Shown here piece by piece: positions 20,529-30,023 of a stretch of 64,000 nt of DNA. The notes below the pieces were generated by a model that saw only the letters and a list, made by a program, of their open reading frames with translations, had not been told where the DNA came from and made no database searches. Position 1 is the first letter of the stretch. Every line of letters starts with the position of its first letter. Made by a program: the position numbers and the translations under genes. Origin of the DNA: a virus; IMG/VR virus record IMGVR_UViG_3300024274_000264. One strand, written 5' to 3'.

Positions 20529-20550
20529 AAACTGGCATAACGATTGCCTC

Positions 20551-20578
20551 TTGACCGCTGCGCCGCGGTGCTTAGAAT
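20551..20578 (+). promoter_or_regulatory. sigma70-type promoter with GC-rich spacer
   Basis: TTGACC-N16(GCTGCGCCGCGGTGCT)-TAGAAT upstream of 20605. Confidence 0.65.
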
Positions 20579-20604
20579 GGTCGACCTAGAAAGACAGACA
20601 ACAC

Positions 20605-20979
20605 ATGAGAAAATCAACTACCAAAACTACAAAAAAATCAACTCGTAAACCAACTTCTTCGCGAAAGGTTACAAAAACATCGCGAACAACTGGTACAACA
20701 AATTCAACGTCGCGGAAACCAGCGGCAAAACGAACTGCTCGGTTGAGCAGCTCGACAATGATCTTTAATTTTAAAGATTCTTCATTTGTTACTGGTTTTC
20801 GTTGGGTTGCAAACTCAACTGATTCAACAACTGGAAACTTAACTGTTTCCATGAAAGATGGTTCTCGATATCTGTATCGGAATGTTTCGAAACAGATTCC
20901 TCAAAATTGGCGTCGACGCCAATCAGCGGGCAGTTTCTTTGTGAAATACATCAAAGAGATGAAATCGGAACGAGTTTAA
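20605..20979 (+). CDS. KTSC-like domain protein with K/R/S/T-rich histone-like N-terminal tail
   Basis: MRKSTTKTTKKSTRK...; SSFV...LTVSMKDGSRYLYRNV...SAGSFFVKYIK. Confidence 0.75.
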   Translation: MRKSTTKTTKKSTRKPTSSRKVTKTSRTTGTTNSTSRKPAAKRTARLSSSTMIFNFKDSSFVTGFRWVANSTDSTTGNLTVSMKDGSRYLYRNVSKQIPQNWRRRQSAGSFFVKYIKEMKSERV

Positions 20980-21018
20980 TTTTAGTTTCTTAAAAAAAAC
21001 CAAAAAAACTCTTAGTTG

Positions 21019-21057
21019 AATGCCTCGTGGATATAAATCTGCGGGGCATTTTCTTTT
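21019..21057 (+). terminator. intrinsic terminator
   Basis: AATGCCTCGTGGAT-ataa-ATCTGCGGGGCATT hairpin (with G-U pairs) plus T tract. Confidence 0.8.
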
Positions 21058-21058
21058 A

Positions 21059-21086
21059 TTGACAACTAATATTTTGGTTTTATCTT
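21059..21086 (+). promoter_or_regulatory. sigma70-type promoter
   Basis: TTGACA-N16-TATCTT directly after the terminator, before 21093. Confidence 0.55.
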
Positions 21087-21092
21087 TGGCTG

Positions 21093-21506
21093 ATGGAACG
21101 TATTTTCATTACTTGCTTTCCATCTATTGAGAAATATTCATTTCATTTCATTAAAGACCAAACAGAAGTTGGTTTTTTATCTATTATTGTACCAACAGAA
21201 GTGAGTCTGAATAGACTTAAACAGATAGAAAAAAGGCAAACTTATATTAGATGGTGGAAAGAAAATGTGTTTAATAAACCCTATGTAGATTATTCTTTTA
21301 TTGAAAAAGAATTTCGCGGCAAAGGCTATGGAAAAAAACTTTATAAAAGTGCCGCGATCTGGCTTAAAATTAAATTTAGTTTAAAACTTTGGGCTTCTCA
21401 AAATCAATCAAAAGAAGCAAAACGCCTATGGAACTCATTATTAAATAATAATGATTCTTTATTTATCACGGATGGCGATTCTTTAGAATTTTTAGGATTT
21501 AAATAA
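21093..21506 (+). CDS. GNAT-family acetyltransferase
   Basis: IEKEFRGKGYGKKLY acetyl-CoA motif, QS..AKRLW. Confidence 0.75.
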   Translation: MERIFITCFPSIEKYSFHFIKDQTEVGFLSIIVPTEVSLNRLKQIEKRQTYIRWWKENVFNKPYVDYSFIEKEFRGKGYGKKLYKSAAIWLKIKFSLKLWASQNQSKEAKRLWNSLLNNNDSLFITDGDSLEFLGFK

Positions 21507-21863
21507 ATGAATAGAGATAAAACTGAAATACATGTTTTTATTCGCGCTTGTTGCGATAAGGTCGCGTTCGAAATTCATAAAATAAATTTGACTATTCCTT
21601 TCTATAGTCCTTATGTGTGGACATATAAAGTAAATGCTATACTCTCCCCAAGAAAAATTAATTCGATGTTTAAATTTAAACCAAATTTTTCATTATATCA
21701 AATATTAATTCCCTACAGTACAACTAACGTGATAAATGAAGCCGTTTCTCTTTCCAATTCGTCAGAAGTGTTTATCAAAACATATGATTTATTTACTTAT
21801 TTAAATTTCGTAAAACCTAAAAATTTCTATCCGCTCCCGAAAATTGAGATTCAACTAAAATGA
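21507..21863 (+). CDS. member of 'SPRK...PKIEV' paralogue family
   Basis: ILSPRKINSM; PLPKIEIQLK. Confidence 0.7.
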   Translation: MNRDKTEIHVFIRACCDKVAFEIHKINLTIPFYSPYVWTYKVNAILSPRKINSMFKFKPNFSLYQILIPYSTTNVINEAVSLSNSSEVFIKTYDLFTYLNFVKPKNFYPLPKIEIQLK

Positions 21864-22231
21864 ATAGCATAGAATTTTGGCAAACAGCAACATGTAAAGG
21901 TATTAAAGAATATGTTAAGTTTGAGAGGCGAATAGATGAATTTAAAGATCATTATTCGAGCGTATTTTGTAAAAATGACTGTCTTTCAGTTGTTAAAATT
22001 TTAACTCCAAGAAAATGGAAACAAAAAACAAAATCTTTTGCATGTCAAAGCATGTATGAAATAATGTTATTTTCAAAATTAGATAAACATATTATAACAT
22101 TTAATCGACCATTTTTAGAAAAGCAATTTTCCCATCTTTTTATTGATCAAGTTAATCTTAATCGAATTAAAAAAGTATTAAACATATTACACACTTTTGA
22201 ACCTCAAAAAATTGAGGTAAATCTGAAATGA
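21860..22231 (+). CDS. member of 'SPRK...PKIEV' paralogue family
   Basis: ILTPRKWK; EPQKIEVNLK. Confidence 0.7.
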   Translation: MNSIEFWQTATCKGIKEYVKFERRIDEFKDHYSSVFCKNDCLSVVKILTPRKWKQKTKSFACQSMYEIMLFSKLDKHIITFNRPFLEKQFSHLFIDQVNLNRIKKVLNILHTFEPQKIEVNLK

Positions 22232-22614
22232 GAAAAAAAGAAAAACCGAGAATCAATTTTTTCAGATTTAGATCGAATATACTTTCATTTATCCAAAGTT
22301 CTGATATTTTAGATTTTTATGAGTTTAAAACATCAATTATTATTCTTAATAGAATTCTTTCTTCTCGTAAAATAAAAGCTTTGTTTTCGATAAAAATTAA
22401 TATGCCTTTATTCGAAGTCGTTATTTTCGATTCCACTTTTGAAGATTTACAGAACGATTTAAAAGTTTACTTGAGCAATAAAACCTATTATGGAAATTGT
22501 ATTTCAATTGATAATCGCCTTTATTTAGATATTCAAAACTTGAAAAAACTTTTAAATTGGGCAAACCCATCTAATATTATTCAACCTCAAAAAATTGAGG
22601 TAAATCTTAAATGA
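22200..22614 (+). repeat. 32-bp direct repeat (1 mismatch) at gene junctions 22200-22231 and 22583-22614
   Basis: AACCTCAAAAAATTGAGGTAAATCT(G/T)AAATGA. Confidence 0.85.
22228..22614 (+). CDS. member of 'SPRK...PKIEV' paralogue family
   Basis: ILSSRKIKAL; QPQKIEVNLK. Confidence 0.7.
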   Translation: MRKKEKPRINFFRFRSNILSFIQSSDILDFYEFKTSIIILNRILSSRKIKALFSIKINMPLFEVVIFDSTFEDLQNDLKVYLSNKTYYGNCISIDNRLYLDIQNLKKLLNWANPSNIIQPQKIEVNLK

Positions 22615-22967
22615 AAAAATTTAAAGAAGAAAAGTTTGATGTTTTTTATACCGACGAGAATGAAAAGAAATTATATCTCCTTAAAGATCAATGCTTTCGT
22701 TTTACTGGAACTGAATACTTTATTCTAATTCAAAATATTTACACGATTCGAAAACTAAAAGAAAAATTTAAATTTATTTCAAATGAACCAATTTACAGAA
22801 TTGTAATTTATGCCACGTATCTACTACAAAACGAAGAACTTTCTAAACTTAGAACTTGGAAAGACCAAGAATTTTTTCTTTGCAAAAAACAATTTAATAG
22901 ATTACGTGACTTTTTAAAAGTTAAAAAAATAATTGACTTGCCTCGAATTGAGGTTTCGTTTAAATGA
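22611..22967 (+). CDS. member of 'SPRK...PKIEV' paralogue family
   Basis: IYTIRKLK; DLPRIEVSFK. Confidence 0.7.
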   Translation: MKKFKEEKFDVFYTDENEKKLYLLKDQCFRFTGTEYFILIQNIYTIRKLKEKFKFISNEPIYRIVIYATYLLQNEELSKLRTWKDQEFFLCKKQFNRLRDFLKVKKIIDLPRIEVSFK

Positions 22968-23341
22968 GAAATAAAAAACCAATAGAATTGTATGGATATA
23001 TGACTGCATATGATGCGAAAACTTTAGCTCCCTTTATTAAAAAGGCAAACATTTTAAGTGTAAGCTATTTAAATCCTAGCTGGCTATATCCAAGGTATTT
23101 TACATATCAAATTAAAGAACTGGAAATTGTTTTTTCAAGAAAATTTTTCGGAAAAACTAAGATCAAAACCAAAGAAACTCTAATTTTAATAGAAATTGAA
23201 ACTCGGCTTTATGAAAGAGAAAATACCACTCTCTATAAAACAAAAATCTTTGTGAATAAAAAAACAGTAAACAAATTATTATTTTATTTAAATCCAAAAT
23301 TTCACACTAATATTCCAAAAATAGAAGTCACGAAAAGATAG
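22964..23341 (+). CDS. member of 'SPRK...PKIEV' paralogue family
   Basis: VFSRKFF; NIPKIEVTKR. Confidence 0.65.
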   Translation: MRNKKPIELYGYMTAYDAKTLAPFIKKANILSVSYLNPSWLYPRYFTYQIKELEIVFSRKFFGKTKIKTKETLILIEIETRLYERENTTLYKTKIFVNKKTVNKLLFYLNPKFHTNIPKIEVTKR

Positions 23342-23356
23342 GATAATAACTATAAT

Positions 23357-23611
23357 ATGTCAATGATCGAATTCCTAACAACAGATAAACTCGATGTAGA
23401 ATCGAGTAAACTACTAACAAAAATTGAATATAATCAACTTTATCACCAATTAACAATTTGGTTTAAAACAACAGGAGTAGCATATACATATAAAGGAGTC
23501 CCAGAAGAAACTTGGGAAGAATTAAAAAAAGCAGAGAGTAAAGGAAAATACTTTCATTCTTACATTAAAAACTTATACAAGTATGAAAAAATTGTCGATC
23601 GAAAAGATTAA
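23357..23611 (+). CDS. KTSC domain protein
   Basis: VESS..IEY...L.I.FK..G..YTYKGVP...AESKGKYFHSYIK. Confidence 0.9.
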   Translation: MSMIEFLTTDKLDVESSKLLTKIEYNQLYHQLTIWFKTTGVAYTYKGVPEETWEELKKAESKGKYFHSYIKNLYKYEKIVDRKD

Positions 23612-23636
23612 CTCTTAAATGAGTTTTCATTCGCCG

Positions 23637-23664
23637 TTGACTCGCCTCCCGCGCGACTTATAGT
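23637..23664 (+). promoter_or_regulatory. sigma70-type promoter with GC-rich spacer
   Basis: TTGACT-N16(CGCCTCCCGCGCGACT)-TATAGT; GGAGG RBS downstream. Confidence 0.65.
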
Positions 23665-23666
23665 GT

Positions 23667-25391
23667 GTGGGAGGTCGGAAAATGAAAAACAAAACAGCGT
23701 TCGTAATGTGCAGTTTGTCGCTTTTGCTCGCTTCCGTAAGCGTTCAAGCCCAAACTTTTGGTGGTGGTCAAAACTCGCCACAAGATGAGTTTATTGTTGA
23801 TTTCAACGATTCTGTGTCTCAAAGCACAGTAAATGATATTGCTTCACAATATGGAGTTACTTTGCGGGCAAACAGTCCGCAAATGGTCGGTGAAGACAGA
23901 ATTTATGTTTTTAATGCCCCGCGAGAAGTTGGACAACGAATTGTTCGCCAACTTCAAACGAATCGAAACGTGCAGGCCGCGGATCAAAACCAAGAAATGC
24001 ACGCATTTTTCACGCCAAATGATCCACAATATTCTCAACAGTGGGGATTGCATCGCGTCGGTGTTGAACGAGCGTGGAATACCACCTGCGGTCGAGGAAT
24101 TCGAGTTGCTGTAATTGATACGGGCGTTGCGTGCGAAAATCACGATGGGTTTTCACAACTTTCTGATCTTAAAGGAACAAACTGTGTTGCTGGTTGGGAT
24201 TTTGTTAACGATGACGAACATGCAAATGACGACCAAGGGCACGGATCGCACGTTGCTGGAACAATTGCTCAAACAACCAATAACGGCGTTGGAGTTGCGG
24301 GAATTGCCTACTGCTCAACCATTATTCCTGTAAAAGTTCTTGATTATCGAGGCTCTGGAACGTTAGTAGACGTTGCAGAGGGAATTCGTTTTGCGGCGGA
24401 CGCTGGAGCGCATGTTATCAACCTTTCATTAGGTGGCGGACCTAGAAACCGAGTAATGGCCGAAGCGATTAGCTATGCTCGATCAAAAGGAACTGTGGTA
24501 ATTTGTGCCGCGGGAAACAATGGGAGATATGTTGAATCTCCTGCAAATGAAGAGGGTGCATTTGCTGTCAGTGCAATCGGAACGGGTGATATGATTGCTT
24601 CGTTTTCGTCGCGCGGCCCAGAAGTTGATATTGCGGCACCTGGAGTAAACATTCTCCAACAAACAATTTGTGAGCACGGCAGAGACGGTTGCGAACAATT
24701 CGCGGCGTGGTCTGGTACTTCAATGGCAACACCACACGTTGCAGGTATTACAGCCTTGATTATGTCTCAAGGCGTAACAAATGTGGATGCTGTCGAAGGA
24801 ATTTTGAGAAATTCGGCTCAAACTCCCGAACACGGCGATTCAAACCCACAATTGTATGGTGCTGGTATTGCTAGTGCCGAATCTGCGCTCGCGGCAATTA
24901 AAACAAGACAAGTTTTGTATCGCGGGTTCTCTCTCGCGCTAATGTTTGCACTCGTTACATCTTGGATTACAAAGAAAGGTGGAAAACTTGAATCTACAAA
25001 GAAATGGTTGTTACCAGCGCTTTTTGCTTCTGTCGGTTTGTTCTTTTTACCAATGATTTTGCCAGCCTCAATACCAGGACTTGAAATTATTTCGCGGCCA
25101 CCTGGTGATTTGACAATGTTTACAAATGGATTTATTCATCAATTCCTTCCTCTGGGAAGCGCTTTTCTACCAATTGTTTTGAGTGCAATATTCTTTAATC
25201 GTAAACATCTTCGACCTATGGTTGGAGGATTTTCACTTGGCACCGCTGGTTTCTTAATGGGAACATTCCTATCAGGTTTACATGCGGCACCTTTCGGCTG
25301 GTTTGCAATGCTTGTTTGGACTGTCGGCAATCTTTTTGTGATGGGTACCCTTGCGAGATTGATGCTTGACAGCACAAAAAACCAGTCATAA
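23667..25391 (+). CDS. secreted/membrane-anchored S8 subtilisin-like protease (likely start ATG 23682)
   Basis: Signal peptide, prodomain, VAVIDTG, HGSHVAG, GTSMATPHVAG, several C-terminal hydrophobic helices; visibly higher GC. Confidence 0.93.
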   Translation: MGGRKMKNKTAFVMCSLSLLLASVSVQAQTFGGGQNSPQDEFIVDFNDSVSQSTVNDIASQYGVTLRANSPQMVGEDRIYVFNAPREVGQRIVRQLQTNRNVQAADQNQEMHAFFTPNDPQYSQQWGLHRVGVERAWNTTCGRGIRVAVIDTGVACENHDGFSQLSDLKGTNCVAGWDFVNDDEHANDDQGHGSHVAGTIAQTTNNGVGVAGIAYCSTIIPVKVLDYRGSGTLVDVAEGIRFAADAGAHVINLSLGGGPRNRVMAEAISYARSKGTVVICAAGNNGRYVESPANEEGAFAVSAIGTGDMIASFSSRGPEVDIAAPGVNILQQTICEHGRDGCEQFAAWSGTSMATPHVAGITALIMSQGVTNVDAVEGILRNSAQTPEHGDSNPQLYGAGIASAESALAAIKTRQVLYRGFSLALMFALVTSWITKKGGKLESTKKWLLPALFASVGLFFLPMILPASIPGLEIISRPPGDLTMFTNGFIHQFLPLGSAFLPIVLSAIFFNRKHLRPMVGGFSLGTAGFLMGTFLSGLHAAPFGWFAMLVWTVGNLFVMGTLARLMLDSTKNQS

Positions 25392-25394
25392 CAT

Positions 25395-25958
25395 GTGAAT
25401 ATGACACTAGCACTAATTGTCGCGGCAACAAAAGAAGGGCATATCGGAAACGATAATGCCCTTTCTTGGTTTCTTCCTTCTGATCTAAAGTGGTTTAAGG
25501 AGCTTACGGTGAATAACACTGTTGTAATGGGTAGAAAAACTTACGAATCCATCGGTAAGCCTCTTCCTAAAAGAATAAATCACGTAATATCGAAAACTTT
25601 AGATCAAAAAGAGGGAATTAAGATTTTTGCTTCGGTTGAAGATTGGTTTGACAAAAATCGAAAATTTCTTAATTCAGAAACCGAAAAAGCATTTGTTATA
25701 GGAGGTGTAGAAATTTATAATCAGTTTTTACCCTTTGTTACAGAAGTTTATTTTTCCGAATTAGAGGAATCTGAAGAACAAAAAAAGTATTCCAAATATG
25801 ACAAATCTATTTCTTTTTCTCCCCAATCCTTTTTGAATTCTGGTTGGAAGTTGTTGGAAAACGAACAAGTGATCGACGAAAAAGGCTTTTTTAAAGCCAG
25901 TTCTGAAAAAGTTTCAATCAAATATGAAAGAAATGTGCTTAAAAAAAATGAGAAATAA
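25395..25958 (+). CDS. folA: dihydrofolate reductase
   Basis: LIVA, IG..N.L.W.LPSDL..FK, MGRKTYESI, PLPKR, VIGG. Confidence 0.93.
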   Translation: MNMTLALIVAATKEGHIGNDNALSWFLPSDLKWFKELTVNNTVVMGRKTYESIGKPLPKRINHVISKTLDQKEGIKIFASVEDWFDKNRKFLNSETEKAFVIGGVEIYNQFLPFVTEVYFSELEESEEQKKYSKYDKSISFSPQSFLNSGWKLLENEQVIDEKGFFKASSEKVSIKYERNVLKKNEK

Positions 25959-26559
25959 AAGATTCAAATATGAAAATGGAACAATTGTAATAAAAGAGCG
26001 AGAAAACAAAGACGTTCCAAAAGATTTCACAGGTGTTTTCGAGCATAAAAATGGAGATAGGTCTTGGTTTAAAGAAGGAAAAAGACATAGAATAGGTGGC
26101 CCAGCTGTTATGGAGAATGGTTCCAAATATTGGTATAAAGATGGCAAACTTCATCGAGAGGATGGGCCTGCGATTATAGATAGATTCGGTGCCAAATATT
26201 GGTATAAAAATCATTCACTTCATAGATTAGATGGACCAGCGATTGAATACAAAGATGGATCAAAAGAATGGTATAAAGAGGGAAATCGCCATAGAATAGA
26301 CGGGCCTGCCGTAGAACATATAAAAAATATGAGCGGATCAAAAGAATGGTGGATTGATGGAAACTATTTTACTTGGAATTTGTTAGCCCAATTAATGAAA
26401 AAAGAAATTTATGTTGGAAAAGAAAAAGGAAAATATGGGCTTGAATGGCTAAAATTTCTCACAGAAGAAAATGGGATTTGTGAATTTCCGATTGTACCAG
26501 AAATGGAAAAAGAAAGAAGTTTTATTTATCTATTCATTTCTTTAAATAAAGAAAAATAG
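25924..26559 (+). CDS. LHREDGPA-repeat protein
   Basis: Four WYK.G.(L/R)HR.DGPA-type repeats; C-terminus shared with 30020..30427. Confidence 0.8.
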   Translation: MKEMCLKKMRNKRFKYENGTIVIKERENKDVPKDFTGVFEHKNGDRSWFKEGKRHRIGGPAVMENGSKYWYKDGKLHREDGPAIIDRFGAKYWYKNHSLHRLDGPAIEYKDGSKEWYKEGNRHRIDGPAVEHIKNMSGSKEWWIDGNYFTWNLLAQLMKKEIYVGKEKGKYGLEWLKFLTEENGICEFPIVPEMEKERSFIYLFISLNKEK

Positions 26560-26621
26560 AAAGTGTAAAACTAAACAAAAAAGATTCTGTGTCTGTAAAC
26601 TTTATAGTTTGTAATTGAAAA

Positions 26622-27134
26622 TTACCAATAACATTTCCACCAATTTACTTTGTCTCCGCTGAAAAGGTTCCATGTTTTTCCTAAATTTTTAATACATTCA
26701 TCGGCAGAATCTGCTTCTATTAAATTTCCATAATTAAATAAAACTTTTTTACCATTCATTTCAAATAAGCAATCATAATGCCACGATCGAATGTTTGATA
26801 AGTTTAAAATACCAACTCTTGTTGCAACAAATCCAAGTTCTTTTAATTTTAGCATAGAAAATCTTCCCATGTCGTCACAATCTCCAAAGTTTGCAAAAAA
26901 TTCATTTGATGGATTATCGTGATCTAGCTCACCAATAATTCCATCATATTTGTATTTGTATACATTAGAAAAAAATAGTTTTAGTTGCTCCAAAGTTTTT
27001 ATGTTTTCCCACAACAATCTATTTGCTTTCTGTTTTTCTTTATCTTTGAAAAGATAAATAACATAAAAAATAAATTTTATTAAATAGGACCAAATTGGTC
27101 TTAAAAAGTGATGAACAATAAACATTAATGTCAT
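26622..27134 (-). CDS. transglutaminase-like (Cys-His) hypothetical protein
   Basis: GDCDD and WHYDC motifs; hydrophobic N-terminus. Confidence 0.55.
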   Translation of the reverse strand: MTLMFIVHHFLRPIWSYLIKFIFYVIYLFKDKEKQKANRLLWENIKTLEQLKLFFSNVYKYKYDGIIGELDHDNPSNEFFANFGDCDDMGRFSMLKLKELGFVATRVGILNLSNIRSWHYDCLFEMNGKKVLFNYGNLIEADSADECIKNLGKTWNLFSGDKVNWWKCYW

Positions 27135-27186
27135 TTAAAATTGATTCCTTAATTTTTAACTACACATCTACAAGATAGAATAAATA

Positions 27187-27834
27187 ATGAAAATACTAAA
27201 ATCAATAAACACAAACTTCGCTATCTGGTCTATGCTAAATGGAGATCATGCTTTAGTTGAAAACGTAAAAAAATTAGACAAAGAACTGGTTGAAAAACCT
27301 GATTTTTCATCAAAACTAGAAAATAGTTTAAGAAAAGAAGTTTTCCTTTCCAAAAGAAAATGGATTCATGATTATATGAAAGATGCTTCACTTTGTGTTG
27401 CCGAGATAACCTTTGATGAACTTTTAAAGTTTGAATCTTGCTACTCAGATATTAAATTCGAACAGTTTTTAGATTCATATCAATTATCAACGGAACAAAG
27501 TAAAGAATTTACAATTGTCAGAAAAACAAAAGACAATGTTCAAAAAGGAATTGAGGCAATTGATGATATTAAAAAAAGAGTTGAAAGTTTAAAAATTGAT
27601 CTCAAGAAACAAAAAAACAAAGCAGTTCCAGCTTGGAAAATTTGTTCTGAAAAATATCTAAATTCTGAAAATTTATGGATCGCTACAAACCGCGGATTAA
27701 TGGTTAAAAAGAAAGATTCTAGCACAATAAAAGTTGTAGATGGTACTCATAGACTTTTATCTTATGGGTTGCTTGTTCGCTTAGAGAAGTTAAATATGCA
27801 AAAAATAAAGTGTATTTTTTGGGAAGAGGTTTAA
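27187..27834 (+). CDS. ParB/Srx-like domain protein
   Basis: VVDGTHRL. Confidence 0.55.
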   Translation: MKILKSINTNFAIWSMLNGDHALVENVKKLDKELVEKPDFSSKLENSLRKEVFLSKRKWIHDYMKDASLCVAEITFDELLKFESCYSDIKFEQFLDSYQLSTEQSKEFTIVRKTKDNVQKGIEAIDDIKKRVESLKIDLKKQKNKAVPAWKICSEKYLNSENLWIATNRGLMVKKKDSSTIKVVDGTHRLLSYGLLVRLEKLNMQKIKCIFWEEV

Positions 27835-27898
27835 ACGTACAGCTCGTAAAAATTACTATTGAAAAAATTATAAGTTTATTCTGTGGGAGAAAATCAAA

Positions 27899-28447
27899 AT
27901 GAAATCTTTGAATAGAGATGACTTCAGAAACCAAGTTTTTAAGCGAGATAAATTTTCTTGTGTTGCATGCGGCGAAAAAGCAATATTTGATTCAAGCCAA
28001 GAACCTACAAATTTAGATGCTCACCATATTATTGAAAGGAAACTTTGGGGAGAAAGTCAGGGGTATTTTGAAGACAATGGCGCAACCGTTTGCGAACCTT
28101 GTCATATAAAAGCAGAGGAAACATTAATTTCTTGTAATGAATTAAGGCAACTTTGTGGCATCAAAACGACAATATTACCAGAGCAATATTATAAAGATCA
28201 AGAAATTGACAAATGGGGTAACTTTGTTTTACCAAATGGAATTAGATTAAGAGGAGAGCTTTTTTATGAAGAATCTGTACAGAAAGTTTTAAAACCTGTA
28301 ATTCATTTATTTGAAGAATATGTTAAATACCCAAGAACATATCATGTTCCTTGGAGTCCTGGAGCTAAAGATAAAGAAGAGCGAACTTCTCCAATAATGG
28401 ATCATTTTTTGAATAGGGAAATTGTGGTTCTAGAAAAATTGTTATAA
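27899..28447 (+). pseudogene. HNH-RNA ligase fusion, N-terminal fragment (stops inside motif I)
   Basis: RD...C..C, DAHHI, C..CH (HNH), then KYPRTYHVPWSPG...VVLEKLL* where EKxDG is expected. Confidence 0.75.
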
Positions 28448-28481
28448 AACAATATTTCATTGTATCAATAATAATTTTGCT

Positions 28482-29504
28482 ATGTCCAAAAAATTAACAG
28501 ATGAAGAAAAAGTTCAAAAAATCATAAAAAATAAAAATATTAACGTCAAAGAAGTCATTAATTGTTATAGAGATTTGGAATACAGTTTACCCAAATTAAA
28601 GAAACAGTTTAATTTGGGTTTTAAAGAAAGTGTTTTGATATTAAAACAGAATAATATAAAGATTAGATCAATTTCAGAAAGTAGAAAAACAAATACGTTT
28701 AAAAAAGAAAATAAGGAAAATCTATTAGAAAAATATGGTGTGTCGAATGTAAGTAGTCTTGATTCTGTTAAAGAAAAAAAGAGAAAAACTTCTTTAAAAA
28801 ATTACGGAGTAGATAATATTTGGAAAACAAAAGATTATGGAATTAAAGCACAAGCTTCTAAAGAAAAGAAATATGGAATAAAAGCTATTCCTAACTTATA
28901 CGGAAAAGCAAATTATTTCGGATGGAAAAGTTCTACAGAAGAAGAAAAAAAGAAAAGGCTTCAAAATTTATGGTCAGAAAGTATTTTATCTTGGAATTCT
29001 TTAACAGAAGAACAAAAAACTAAAATAATTCAAAAACGTTCGAGAAAAATTGTTTCTTGTTATAATTCTTCGCTTGAACGTAAAATAAAAAATTCTTTAC
29101 AGAAATTAAATATACTATATAGCGAACAATTTTGGATAAACCGAAAAAGTTATGATTTTCATATTAAGATTTTTAATGTAAATTATGTATTAGAAATTAA
29201 TGGAGATTATTGGCATGCTAATCCTCTTTACTATAAGGAAAATGATTTTATTAACTATCCATTAGGTTTAATTAAAGTTAAAGAAATTTGGGATAAAGAT
29301 TTAATAAAAAAACAAAATGCGGAAAAATATGGTTATAAAACATTATATATTTGGGAAAGCGAATTGAAAAATAAATCTGAAATTGAAATTGAAAATCTAA
29401 TAAAAGAAAAACTTAAATTAAATAAAATCTCGTACAGTGCTCAAAATGAAAAATGTGAAAATTTTAAACATAAAAAAATAAAATTCATATCAAAAAAAAC
29501 ATAA
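28482..29504 (+). mobile_element. free-standing Vsr-like (putative homing) endonuclease
   Basis: EKYGV repeats, YDF, LEINGDYWHANP, IWESE. Confidence 0.8.
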
Positions 29505-29522
29505 TATGGAAATTGGTAAAAA

Positions 29523-30023
29523 TTGTTTCTGGTTATAAGCAATTACATACATGCACGTTCGCTAGATAGTTTAGAAAATCATCCATCAAGAACAAGAATT
29601 AAAGCTTTTCATTCCACAATAAAAAATGATTTACCAAAGGGTTGGAGATTTTGTTTCGAAAATGTTTTCGCAAAGCATAGTATTCATTATAAAAGTTTAA
29701 AAGACTACCATTACCTTCTTTCCGTTTGGAATGAATACAACACTTGTCTTTCTTGGGATGAAACTAAAGAATGGGCAGACTTGTTAGAAGTACCAACACC
29801 AGAAATTCTTTATAGAGGAATTTATAACGAAAAAATTTTGAAAGATCTTTATCGGCCCATTTCTAATAATGGAGATGAGTGTGAAGGTTATGTTATTCGA
29901 CCTACAGATTCCTTTCCTTATAGAGATTTTAGAAGATTTAATTTAAAGTTCGTAAGAGAAAATCATGTTCAAACTTCTGAGCATTGGAAGCAATCTAAAA
30001 TAATAGAGAATGAAATAAAGTGA
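29523..30023 (+). pseudogene. RNA ligase C-terminal fragment
   Basis: YIHARSLD, ENVFAKHSIHY, CLSWDET, EGYVIR, KFVRENHVQT..HW. Confidence 0.75.

Noticed and set aside
21507-23341. Diversity-generating retroelement or CRISPR-like array behind the paralogue repeats
   Set aside because: No reverse transcriptase, no template/variable repeat pair with adenine-specific differences, and only two near-identical repeat copies
23833-25519. Alternative-frame and antisense ORFs over the S8 protease (and similar shadow ORFs elsewhere, e.g. 20586..20852)
   Set aside because: They overlap well-supported genes, lack motifs and are expected by chance in GC-richer stretches
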